This document shows positions 43,019-52,519 of a DNA stretch of 64,000 nt, in pieces (within the stretch, counting starts at the first letter, position 1; the number at the start of each line of letters is the position of its first letter). This DNA is from an uncultured Bacillota bacterium. GTDB lineage: Bacteria > Bacillota > DTU025 > MWDF01. The stretch spans positions 160,001 to 224,000 of the forward strand of contig CAWGMK010000010.1 of assembly GCA_963823655.1 (NCBI GenBank). Reading direction: 5' to 3'. The notes under the pieces are model-generated. The model had not been told where the DNA came from, made no database searches, and saw only the letters and a list, made by a program, of their open reading frames with translations. The position numbers and the translations under genes are program-made.

Positions 43019-44157
43019 TGAACAGGGCCGATGTTGTCATAATCGGCGGCGGCATAAACGGAGCTGCTTCTGCCTACAACCTCGCCAAGCTGGGCGTGAA
43101 GAATATAGTGGTCGTCGAGCGCGATACGATATGCGGGGGATCCACCGGAAGGTGCGGAGCCGGCATTAGGGCCCAGTGGGGGACCCTCATGAACTGCACT
43201 ATCGCCGCCAACGCGATAGCTACCTTCGAAGGGCTCAAAGACGAGCTCGGAATGGATATCGGGCTCAACCAGTGCGGCTATCTCATGGTGGCCTACAAGG
43301 ATAGTGAGTTCGAGCAGCTCAAGGAGAATATCTGCCTTCAGAACTCCTGCGGGATCGAAAGCAGGGTAGTCAGCAAGGATGAAGCGTATGAGATCTGCCC
43401 TGGGCTGTGGGCGGAGGACGCCGTCGGGTTCACATTCCATTCCAAGGACGGGCATGCAGACCCCTTCCTCACAACCTTCGCCTATGTGGAGGCGGCCAAG
43501 AGGCTGGGCGTGGAATTCGAGCGCTTCACTGAGGTGCAGGCGATTAACACGGTAAACGGCAGGGTGGAATCGGTGCTTACGGATAAGGGGACCATCTGGA
43601 CAAAGGTCGTGCTCAACTGCGCGGGGCCATATTCGCAGATAGTCGCCAAGATGGCAGGAGTCGAGCTTCCGGTCTTCTCCGAAAGGCACGAGATTGTAAT
43701 AACCGAGCCGGTGGATCCTGGAGTATGCCCTCCGATGCTCATGAGCTTCTCCGGCAACTACTATATCCAGCAGAGGCCGCACGGCTCGATCATCGGCGGC
43801 TGCAGCCCGGAGGGACATCCGCAGGATTTCGCCAACAATGTATCATGGGACTTCTTAGGCCACATGGCGGGCGTCTTCACGAAGCTTCTGCCGCGCACCA
43901 GGGACATAAGGATTGTTAGGCAGTGGGCGGGCATGTACAACATGACGCCGGACAGGCAGCCTCTTTTAGGCAGCACTGAGGTCGAGGGCTTCTACATCTC
44001 CTGCGGCTATTCCGGGCATGGCTTCATGCTGGCGCCTTTTACAGGAAGGCTCATGGCGGAGCTCATATCGTCCGGCAAGTCGTCTATGGACATCTCCATG
44101 CTGGATTACAGGCGGTTTGAAAGAGGCGAGATGATAATCGAGCCGGCCGTTGTGTAG
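43015..44157 (+). CDS. DAO-family FAD oxidoreductase (sarcosine oxidase beta/proline dehydrogenase beta-like)
   Basis: IIGGGING, GSTGRCGAGIR, TPDRQP, GYSGHGFM. Confidence 0.92.
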   Translation: MMNRADVVIIGGGINGAASAYNLAKLGVKNIVVVERDTICGGSTGRCGAGIRAQWGTLMNCTIAANAIATFEGLKDELGMDIGLNQCGYLMVAYKDSEFEQLKENICLQNSCGIESRVVSKDEAYEICPGLWAEDAVGFTFHSKDGHADPFLTTFAYVEAAKRLGVEFERFTEVQAINTVNGRVESVLTDKGTIWTKVVLNCAGPYSQIVAKMAGVELPVFSERHEIVITEPVDPGVCPPMLMSFSGNYYIQQRPHGSIIGGCSPEGHPQDFANNVSWDFLGHMAGVFTKLLPRTRDIRIVRQWAGMYNMTPDRQPLLGSTEVEGFYISCGYSGHGFMLAPFTGRLMAELISSGKSSMDISMLDYRRFERGEMIIEPAVV

Positions 44158-44205
44158 CAGGATGCAAGGCAGTAGAGCATTTGGGTGCACCATCGGGGAG
44201 CGAAC

Positions 44206-45258
44206 ATGTACGACATAGCGATAATCGGCCTGGGGCCTGCCGGTGCGACCTTGGCAAGGGCGCTTGGCGGCAGGTTCAAGGTGGTCGCAATAGACATGAA
44301 GGGCGCTACTGCGGCGAGCGGTGGCTTCATGAAGCCCTGCGGAGGTCTGATCGCCCCGGATGCGCAAAGAGCCCTTGCGAAGGCGGGCATGGCGCTGCCG
44401 GCACATGTATTGGCCGACCCGCAGATGTTCTCTGTAAAGGCGTTTGATCTAAAATCCGGCCTATCCAGGCAATACCAGCGGTTCTACATAAATGTCGACA
44501 GGCACAGGTTCGACCTGTGGCTTTGCTCTATGATTCCGGCCGAAGTCGAAGTCATCCCTGAAGCCAGGTGCACAAGTATAAGTGTGGATGACGGGGTTTA
44601 TCGAGTTGGCTATGTAAAAGGCGGGCTGGAGAGCGAGCTGACTGCAAAATATGTAGTTGGAGCGGACGGGTCCAATTCTATTGTCAGAAGGACGCTTTTT
44701 AAGACCCCGATTAGGCGTTATGTCAGCATACAGCAGTGGTTCAGAAGAGATTCGGTTGGAGGCAGCTTCTCCTGCTTCTTCGATGAGTCCATCACGGACT
44801 GCTATGCCTGGGGCAATCAGAAGGACGGATACTTCGTGCTGGGGGCGGCGCTTGCAAAGAAGGGCTGCAGGGAGAGCTTCGAGCGCCTGAAGGCGAAGCT
44901 TGAGAGGAAAGGGTACGACCTGGCAGAGCCCGAGAGGACGGAGGCATGCCTGGTATCCAGGCCTTCGAATGTCGGGCAGATAGTTGCTGTAAAAGGTAAT
45001 GCATTTTTGGTAGGGGAGGCAGGCGGCTTCATAAGCCCGAGCTCGCTCGAGGGGATAAGTTATGCCATTGAAACCGGCATGATGCTCGGGAGGGCTTTCA
45101 ATGAACACCAGGACAGACCCGGGAGGGCCTACAATCGCATGCTGGCAGGACTGAAGCTGAAGCTGATGCTCAAGACCCTGAAATCGGTGGGGCTATATAC
45201 TCCATGGATAAGGAGAATGATACTCAGGAGCGGCCTCAATTCCATAAAGCAGCGGTAA
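44206..45258 (+). CDS. cbrA: CbrA-like FAD-dependent reductase (geranylgeranyl reductase family)
   Basis: AIIGLGPAG, KPCGGLIAPDAQ, PQMFSVK, YQRFYINVDRHRFDLW, GEAGGFISPSSLEGISYA, all recalled from E. coli CbrA. Confidence 0.85.
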   Translation: MYDIAIIGLGPAGATLARALGGRFKVVAIDMKGATAASGGFMKPCGGLIAPDAQRALAKAGMALPAHVLADPQMFSVKAFDLKSGLSRQYQRFYINVDRHRFDLWLCSMIPAEVEVIPEARCTSISVDDGVYRVGYVKGGLESELTAKYVVGADGSNSIVRRTLFKTPIRRYVSIQQWFRRDSVGGSFSCFFDESITDCYAWGNQKDGYFVLGAALAKKGCRESFERLKAKLERKGYDLAEPERTEACLVSRPSNVGQIVAVKGNAFLVGEAGGFISPSSLEGISYAIETGMMLGRAFNEHQDRPGRAYNRMLAGLKLKLMLKTLKSVGLYTPWIRRMILRSGLNSIKQR

Positions 45259-45332
45259 TGGGAAGGCACATCTGCTAGGGCTATTACGACAATGGATAAC
45301 CTATAGGGCTTCCTTTGGAGTCTGGAAACCTC

Positions 45333-45912
45333 CTAGATGAAAAGGGATGCTGCGCAATAGAGGAGCAGCAGCGCCATCACGGCGTTCGTAGCCTTGTAGT
45401 GATTCGTATAGAAAGACTGGAACATCGCCCCGAAGCCTCCCCATATGACGGTAGACAGGAAGCATAAGAACCCCAACAGCAGGCTGAGGCCCGCTATCGG
45501 CGCAAACGCCGTGAAATTGGGGGTTATGAACACCGATGCGACGGTGAGGGCCATCAGTATCCCTTTGGGATTTATAAACTGTACGGCCAGAGCCGGCAGG
45601 AAGTTCTTGATGCTGGCTGCGGCATTCTTCTCGTGAGGCTTGGCAGTCCATATCTTGTAGGCCAGGTAAAGGATATAGGCAGCGCCCAGGATAGTGACGA
45701 AAGGTTTGATCTGAGGAACCAGCTTGTACAGGTATGAACTGAACAGGCAAGCCATCAGCACATTGAACGTCTGGCCCACCATGACGCCGAAATCGAAGCC
45801 GATGCTCTTTACTAACTCCGTACCTGATGCCGTTGTTCATCGCCATGATGTTGTTCGGCCCGGGCGTCAGTATCTGCAGGAGCGTATATGAGAAGAATGC
45901 GGCGTAGTTCAT
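45333..45912 (-). CDS. LysE-family amino acid exporter (frameshift ~45810)
   Basis: TPGPNN, GAAYILYLAYK, QFINPK. Confidence 0.88.
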
Positions 45913-46172
45913 AATCCGTACCCCAATCTATGTTCTTCAAGTGGTTATCATTCATTGGAATATAACATAAAAGCCATATGTAATGCATCACAATGGTTCA
46001 TCAAGAGAGAATTGGTATGGCATTATAAAATGCGGCAGCAACGGGAATGATAGCGCTTGTATCTTTTGCAATAGAGCCACAGGCAAGCAGGGAGCCCTCA
46101 CGATGAAGGGCGTGCTTATAACGCAGATTATTTGGCACGCCCGACTAGTCGATTAAGCATTTCGGTTAAGGG

Positions 46173-46934
46173 TTAGACATACATTTCCTTGTATATCTGC
46201 TCGAGCATATACTTTGCGAAAGCTAATAGCTCATCCTCGGCTACGTTCATCTCGTTCTGTGTGTCTGCGCAAACTTTCACGGCCTCGGTGACTAGACCAT
46301 GGTATTCTTGCGGCAAGTGCGATGCGCACCAATATCCTCCCTCTAGTTTCGAACCGATGAACCCCTTCCTGAGGAAATAGAGGGTTCTGCAAAGATTGAG
46401 CGTTACGTAGACCGGATCCTTGTTGATAGCCTCCTTGGCATCCTCTATGTCGTAAATGAGCGCGTCAATGAAATAGGACTTGGGTATCCTTCCGAAGACC
46501 TCCTCGATGGGCTTCCCGTACAGACACACGCCCCTGTGCTTCACTACGGCAAGATGGGCTGCAAGATCCCTGTCGGTGGTCCCTCCGCAGATATAGTCCA
46601 TATCCGCCTCGTACATCTGCTTGTGGGCCGGCGAGTAGTGGAGCTCGAATGGCATCGGATGCACGATGTTCTTCGCGTGTTTTTCAAGGATTACGCTCAT
46701 CTCTAGCCCCTTGGCGGGCAGAGGGCCGACAGTCGAAATCTCGTCTATGAGGGCCCGCTTGGTTTTAAGCTCCATCGGCTCCTTGACTACAGCTATCAAG
46801 TCGATATCACTCTTCGGCGTGAAACACCCCATAGCAAGAGAACCATGCAGGTATAGTCCCGTAAGGTTGTCCTGGAGGACTTTCTTGTATTTGTCTACTA
46901 TCTCAACCAGGGTTTTCTCGATATTCATCAGCAT
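46173..46934 (-). CDS. Aminoglycoside adenylyltransferase-like (AadA/ANT(9)-related, DUF4111)
   Basis: GLYLHGSLAMG...SDIDL, LEMSV, DRDLAAH, LNLCR, SKLEGG. Confidence 0.85.
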   Translation of the reverse strand: MLMNIEKTLVEIVDKYKKVLQDNLTGLYLHGSLAMGCFTPKSDIDLIAVVKEPMELKTKRALIDEISTVGPLPAKGLEMSVILEKHAKNIVHPMPFELHYSPAHKQMYEADMDYICGGTTDRDLAAHLAVVKHRGVCLYGKPIEEVFGRIPKSYFIDALIYDIEDAKEAINKDPVYVTLNLCRTLYFLRKGFIGSKLEGGYWCASHLPQEYHGLVTEAVKVCADTQNEMNVAEDELLAFAKYMLEQIYKEMYV

Positions 46935-47261
46935 GCACCACCTTTCGTCGGAATCTCGTTGTTCCGCGATCCGGTTAAGCATCCTAAGAATATTCTATTA
47001 CATAGAAGACGAAATGTTGGCAAGTATGAATAGTTTATAAAAGCAATAATAAGAACCGCTGCCCAATGACTTTATCTGTTAGTCCTGTGTTCAATCCGTA
47101 GGTGCGAATTAGAAAAGTGAACGCCGGCATGAGCGAAGAAAACGTCCGTCATAAAAACATGGTGATAAGAAGAAATACCGTATGGGTATCGTCTGGTGTT
47201 TCTTGAATGGCCCTGTAACTGTATCTTTGCTTTTCATACAATAATCTGGCGCTGCATGAGC

Positions 47262-48650
47262 TTATGCTTCAGGGACGTCGGTGAGGTTTTTAACCCAGCG
47301 TTCCTTCCTGAAGAGCGAATAGGCTATTGTAAGCTTTATAAACTCTGTCGCTTGTGCCAGCACGAACAGCTGTATCAATGGCAACGAAGTGAAATTCGCC
47401 AGCATCAGAGCGTATGGCACCGTTATGAACCAGGTGAATAGGGAGTCCATTAGCATAACCGACTTTGTATCGCCACCTGATCTGAGTATGAAGAAGAAAC
47501 CTGCATTAGTCAGGTATATCGGCATCATGACGGCAGATATCGCTATCAGTATCCTGGCCGTGGCTCGCACATCAGGCGTGACATTGTAAACGGACGGTAT
47601 CAGGATGCCAGTGGCTATATGCAGCACCAACAGGCATGCCGATATGAATATGCCGAACAGGATCAATCTCCTTGAATCCCGCCTCGCCTCATCAAGCTTG
47701 TTAGCACCAAGCGCATGGCCAATTATTACGGATATGGCCGTAGCCTGTCCGCTGTTAACCACGAAGAACATGTTGTTCACGGCGTTCATGATATTCAGAG
47801 CCGCCAGCGCTACGACGCCTCGCGTGGAATAGGCCTTGAACTGCATCGTAACCCCGGTGGACCAAAGAAGCTCATTCGCAATGAGGGGAATCGACTTTAT
47901 CAAGATTGTCTTGAACAGCACCCGCTTCACCTTGATTATCCGGGCTATGGACGTCCTGAACGGGCAGGTATCCTTCTGCATGGCGGAATAGAGCATGATT
48001 AGCTCAACTACCCTTGCGATTATCGTGGCGTATGCCGCGCCTCTGACGCCAAGGGCAGGTGCGCCGAACTTGCCGAAAATCAGAATATAGTTGAAAACCA
48101 TGTTGACGAAGACGGCTACTATTGACGGCAGCACCGCCACCTTTGATTGTCCGATGCTCCTAAAAGAGCCTGCAGTTGCGATGCTGAACGCCATCGGAAG
48201 ATAGGTGAACAAGGCTACTCGTATATAGGCGACGCCTTCTGTTATCGTGCCAGCGTCCTTCGTAAAGAATCCGATTATCTTATATGCTCCGAAATAGGCC
48301 AGCAGCATGAAGAATATGGAGACCACAAAAGAGCAGATTAGCATGAATCTGTAAGACTGCTTCATGCCGTCCTTGTCTTTTGCACCCCAGAATTGGGCTA
48401 CGTATAATCCGCCGCCTCCGGCAATTCCGAAGAGCATCAGCGTATAGATGAAGTAGAACTGATTGGCAATACCGACGCCCGCAATAGACTGCGATCCCAA
48501 CTGACCTACTTGCAGATTGTCCACCAGGTTGACTACCGTAGATATCAGCTGCTGCAGCATGATGGGGGCCATGATGACGATCGCGTGTTTATAGAAGGCC
48601 TTGTCAGCCACATGGGGCCTTATCCTTCTTTCGAACCACGATGACCGCAT
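47262..48650 (-). CDS. MATE efflux transporter
   Basis: PIMLQQ, DNLQVGQLG, AQFWGA, LGVRGAAYATIIAR, LRSGGD. Confidence 0.93.
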   Translation of the reverse strand: MRSSWFERRIRPHVADKAFYKHAIVIMAPIMLQQLISTVVNLVDNLQVGQLGSQSIAGVGIANQFYFIYTLMLFGIAGGGGLYVAQFWGAKDKDGMKQSYRFMLICSFVVSIFFMLLAYFGAYKIIGFFTKDAGTITEGVAYIRVALFTYLPMAFSIATAGSFRSIGQSKVAVLPSIVAVFVNMVFNYILIFGKFGAPALGVRGAAYATIIARVVELIMLYSAMQKDTCPFRTSIARIIKVKRVLFKTILIKSIPLIANELLWSTGVTMQFKAYSTRGVVALAALNIMNAVNNMFFVVNSGQATAISVIIGHALGANKLDEARRDSRRLILFGIFISACLLVLHIATGILIPSVYNVTPDVRATARILIAISAVMMPIYLTNAGFFFILRSGGDTKSVMLMDSLFTWFITVPYALMLANFTSLPLIQLFVLAQATEFIKLTIAYSLFRKERWVKNLTDVPEA

Positions 48651-48824
48651 AATAGACCTCCAGAGTGTATTCGCAGCAACATAAAAGTTTAACAGCGAGC
48701 CGTAAAAGGGGCAAGGAAAATATGCTATTAGGGCGATTCCTTGCAAGTAAAGCAGAAGGAGCGCCCATGTCAAGCGCCCCTTCCTTAACAGCCCATATTA
48801 GGATGTCCAAAGGAATGCCCTAAG

Positions 48825-50012
48825 CTAGAAAGACCAGCCCACCCTGAATATGCCGAATTCCTTATGCCCGGTTATCTCGGACTTTGTGAGCTTTCCTCTT
48901 GAGGCTTCCACTATCGCCTCGAATATCAGCGCTCCTGCTTCGTCCAGGCTCATCTTCCCATCCATGACAGGCCCCAAATCCAGGTCGATATTTTCCTGCA
49001 TCTTGCGGTAGGTCGCGGAGTTGCCGGTTACTTTGATTACCGGTGCGATCGCGGTGCCGGTAGGCGTGCCGAGGCCTGTCGTAAAGACCAGGATGTGGGC
49101 TCCGCCGGCCAGCTCTCCCGTCATGGAATCGACGTCCTGCCCGGGCGTGTCCATCATGTATAGCCCCTTTGTGCCTTGCGGCAGCTCCTGCCCATAGGAG
49201 AGCACACCTTCAAGCGGCGCTTTGCCGGCTTTCAGTATGCAGCCAAGGGATTTCTCCTCTATGGTCGAGATCCCGCCTCTAATATTGCCGGGCGTGGGCT
49301 GAGTGCCCCTTAGGTCGGAGCCCATGGCAAAGGCCCTCTTTTCGACATCAGTTACGATCTTCACCAGCTCGTCGGCAGTCTGCTTGTCCCTTGCCCTTTC
49401 GGCGAGTATCATCTCGGCCCCGATGAGCTCGGTCGTCTCAGACAGTATGGCGGTTCCTCCTGCCGCTACCAGGGCGTCTGAGGCAACTCCAAGGGCGGGG
49501 TTGGCCGCAATGCCGGATGTCGGGTCTGATCCGCCGCACTCAAGCCCCAGCACAAGCTCGGAGAGGGGGAAGGGCTCCTGCTTCATCGCTGAGAGCTTCT
49601 CGGAAAGCTTCAGTGCCTTCCTTACGCCCTCGGCTACGGCGCCGCTGGTGCCACCGCTCTCCTGTATGATCACAAGCTCTACGTCTTTGCCTGAAGATGA
49701 TATGCCCTCGGTAAGCTCAGTCGGCTTCATACCTTCACAACCGAGCCCCACTACAAGCACTGCGCCTACATTCGGGTTCTTTCCCATGCCTATTAGAGTG
49801 CGCGCGGTCTGTGCGTAATCTTCGCCCATCTGGCAGCATCCGTTGGAGTGCACAAGGGCGACCGAACCGGGAACAGCGGCCGCGATCCTTGATGCCACCT
49901 CGCCAGCGCAAACGGACGCGGGGATTATCGCAAGGTGGTTTCTTATGCCATGCCTTCCTACAGGCCTTTTATAACCAAGGAGCATAATAGGCTTTTCTGT
50001 CATACCGCTCAT
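48825..50012 (-). CDS. UxaA-family hydro-lyase, large subunit
   Basis: GIRNH, GCCQ, VGLGCE, ECGGSD, SETTE, GNIRGGISTIEEKSLG. Confidence 0.92.
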   Translation of the reverse strand: MSGMTEKPIMLLGYKRPVGRHGIRNHLAIIPASVCAGEVASRIAAAVPGSVALVHSNGCCQMGEDYAQTARTLIGMGKNPNVGAVLVVGLGCEGMKPTELTEGISSSGKDVELVIIQESGGTSGAVAEGVRKALKLSEKLSAMKQEPFPLSELVLGLECGGSDPTSGIAANPALGVASDALVAAGGTAILSETTELIGAEMILAERARDKQTADELVKIVTDVEKRAFAMGSDLRGTQPTPGNIRGGISTIEEKSLGCILKAGKAPLEGVLSYGQELPQGTKGLYMMDTPGQDVDSMTGELAGGAHILVFTTGLGTPTGTAIAPVIKVTGNSATYRKMQENIDLDLGPVMDGKMSLDEAGALIFEAIVEASRGKLTKSEITGHKEFGIFRVGWSF

Positions 50013-50293
50013 CTCGCATCCCTCCTCGCCCTGAGGCTGGCAATGTTGTGGATGTGTACGTGTTCGCCGCGGGCGATGGGCTTTGTGGCAACTCCCATGG
50101 GGCTGCCGTACTTTACGATTATCGAGCCTTCGTGTATGTCCTTGATCGCTATCTTGTGAAGGCCGGGGATGTCCTGCAGGGCTTGCACCGAATGGCAACA
50201 GTCCTCCCCTATTTGGACATGGGAGCCTTCCTTTACATCGGTAAGGACCGTGGCGATGTTGTCAGCGGGGTCAGAGAGAAGGGCGAAAGGCAT
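50009..50293 (-). CDS. UxaA-family small (SAF-domain) subunit
   Basis: DNIATVL, IPGLHKIA, KYG, GEHVHIHN; ATGA overlap with the large subunit. Confidence 0.9.
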   Translation of the reverse strand: MPFALLSDPADNIATVLTDVKEGSHVQIGEDCCHSVQALQDIPGLHKIAIKDIHEGSIIVKYGSPMGVATKPIARGEHVHIHNIASLRARRDAR

Positions 50294-50436
50294 TAGAGCA
50301 CCTCCAGAAATAAATACGCGCAAGCAAAGGATATTCATCTTCGTTTATACTGATAGAATAATACATATAAGCCACATAGCGCCACATGGCGCAAGCCTTA
50401 GCGAATATTGCCGAAGAGGCATCAGGGGGTGAGCGG

Positions 50437-51156
50437 ATGGGAAGGTATGACAGGCACAAGGGGCTTCCGGGTTTCGACGAAGGGGCCCAGGACAGGCTCA
50501 AGGCGTCCGGGGCGCTTGTAGTAGGGGCCGGTGGGATCGGCTCTCCTCTGCTCTACTATCTTGCGGCAGCGGGCGTTGGAAGAATTGGAATAATCGATTC
50601 CGATGTAATAGAGCTTTCCAACCTCAACCGCCAGATCCTGCACTTCACCCAGGACATAGGCGAGGTGAAGGCGGCCTCCGCCGCATTCAAGATCTCGCAG
50701 CTTAACCCCGAGGTGAAGACCGTGATGCATGCGCTTAGGCTGGACGACGACAACGCTCCGGAGCTTATCCTCGGCTATGACATAGTCCTTGGCGCCGTGG
50801 ACAACCCCCATGCGCGCCAGGTGATGAACCGCGCCTGCCATAAGACGGGCACGACTTACATAGACGGATCCGTGGCGGGATATACGGGAATTGTAGGCTT
50901 CTTCGAACCGAAAATAGGCCCTTGCAGGGCATGTTTGCTGCCGGACAAATCGCCTGAGAAGGGCGAATCCCCGGCGGTGCTTGGGGCAGCGGCAGGAACC
51001 GTCGGCTCCATAATGGCGGCTGAGGCAGTGAGGTTCCTGGCGGCGGGCAAGAAGGGCTTCCCGGCAGGAAGGCTCATCTATCTGGACCTGTACTCCGGAA
51101 TCTTCGAGACCATGGAGCTCGCCAGGAAGGAAAGCTGCATAGTTTGCGGCGGCTGA
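50437..51156 (+). CDS. HesA/MoeB/ThiF-family adenylyltransferase
   Basis: GAGGIGS, SNLNRQ, CRAC and CIVC zinc motifs. Confidence 0.92.
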   Translation: MGRYDRHKGLPGFDEGAQDRLKASGALVVGAGGIGSPLLYYLAAAGVGRIGIIDSDVIELSNLNRQILHFTQDIGEVKAASAAFKISQLNPEVKTVMHALRLDDDNAPELILGYDIVLGAVDNPHARQVMNRACHKTGTTYIDGSVAGYTGIVGFFEPKIGPCRACLLPDKSPEKGESPAVLGAAAGTVGSIMAAEAVRFLAAGKKGFPAGRLIYLDLYSGIFETMELARKESCIVCGG

Positions 51157-51272
51157 TGTCAGTTGCCCTGCAAACCTTAAATCAAATGACGGACTGAAGC
51201 ATAATCAATATGTAAGCGAAATAGGCCGGCCGCCAGCCGGCCTTGTTATTAGCAATATGAGGAGGTAAGCAA

Positions 51273-52436
51273 ATGCCCAACAAGGAAATGCTGCTCATCC
51301 CGGGGCCGACTCCGGTAGCCGACGAGGTATATGATGCCCTGTCGAGCGAGATTCGGGCCCATACCGATCCCAGGTTCGTCGAAATCTACAAGAACGCCCT
51401 TGCAATGACCAAGCAGATGTTCAACTGCGACGGAGAGGTATTCGTAGTTGCCGGCTCCGGAACGCTGTCCATGGAGATGGCCGTAGTCAATACAGTGGCC
51501 CCCGGCGAGAAGATACTAGTATTGAGCCATGGTTACTTCGGCGACCGCTTCATCCAGCTGGGAGAGGCTTTCGGCATTAAAGTAGAGGCCATCAAATCGG
51601 AGTGGGGCAAGCACGTGGACGTCAAGGAAGTTGAGAAGAAGCTGGCCGAGGGTGGCTTCAAAGCCGTGACAGTGACGCATGTGGACACCTCGACCGGTGT
51701 TGAATCGAACCTGGAGGCCCTTGTGCCCGTAATAAAGAAGAGCGGTGCGCTTCTCATCCTGGACGGCGTTTGCGCAACCGCTGCCATCGAAGAGGACATG
51801 AACAAGGCATACTCCGGAAACGAGGACTACAAGATAGACGTAGTGCTCACAGGAAGCCAGAAGGCGATAGGAGTGCCCCCCGGACTTGCAATCGTTGCAT
51901 TCGGCAAGAAGGCGCTTGCTGCAAGGGAAGCTCTCGGCAGGATATACGCTTATTACGCGGACATCAAGATGTGGATCCCCGTCATGCAGAACCCCGGCAA
52001 GTACTACGCCACACCTGCCATAAACATGGTTTTCGGATATGAAGCGGGCATGAAGGCCGTAATGGCCGAGGGACTTGAGAAGAGGTACGCAAGGCACAGA
52101 GCATATGGCAAAGCAGTTAGGGCGGCGCTTGCAACATACGGGCTCAAGGCCCTTGCGGACGAGTCAATCGCAGCACCCACGCTTTCGACCATACGTCATA
52201 TCGAAGGTGCAGATGACGCGGCATTCAGGGCAGCTCTTGCGAAGCGCGGTATGATCGTAGCTGGCGCGCTGGCATCTCTTGCCGGCAAGGCGTTCAGGAT
52301 AGGGCACATGGGAAGCTCAACTCCCGCTATGCTTGAGAAGGCCGTATTGCTAATCGGCGAGGCTCTTGAAGAGCTAGGCTACAAGGTCGACAAAGCGGCT
52401 GCAGTTGCCACATTCAAGAAGGTCTACGGAGCCTAA
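51273..52436 (+). CDS. Class V aminotransferase (alanine-glyoxylate/serine-pyruvate type)
   Basis: LIPGPT, HVDTSTGV, GSQKAIGVPPG, FRIGHMG. Confidence 0.92.
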   Translation: MPNKEMLLIPGPTPVADEVYDALSSEIRAHTDPRFVEIYKNALAMTKQMFNCDGEVFVVAGSGTLSMEMAVVNTVAPGEKILVLSHGYFGDRFIQLGEAFGIKVEAIKSEWGKHVDVKEVEKKLAEGGFKAVTVTHVDTSTGVESNLEALVPVIKKSGALLILDGVCATAAIEEDMNKAYSGNEDYKIDVVLTGSQKAIGVPPGLAIVAFGKKALAAREALGRIYAYYADIKMWIPVMQNPGKYYATPAINMVFGYEAGMKAVMAEGLEKRYARHRAYGKAVRAALATYGLKALADESIAAPTLSTIRHIEGADDAAFRAALAKRGMIVAGALASLAGKAFRIGHMGSSTPAMLEKAVLLIGEALEELGYKVDKAAAVATFKKVYGA

Positions 52437-52473
52437 AGAAGCCAGAAACAAAAACTTAAGATAGAGTTCAAAC

Positions 52474-52509
52474 CAAAGCTGCGGCACCTGGAAAAGTGCC
52501 GCAGCTTTG
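52474..52509. terminator. Bidirectional terminator
   Basis: CAAAGCTGCGGCAC-ctggaaaa-GTGCCGCAGCTTTG perfect 14-bp stem. Confidence 0.85.
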
Positions 52510-52519
52510 ACTATGCCTA

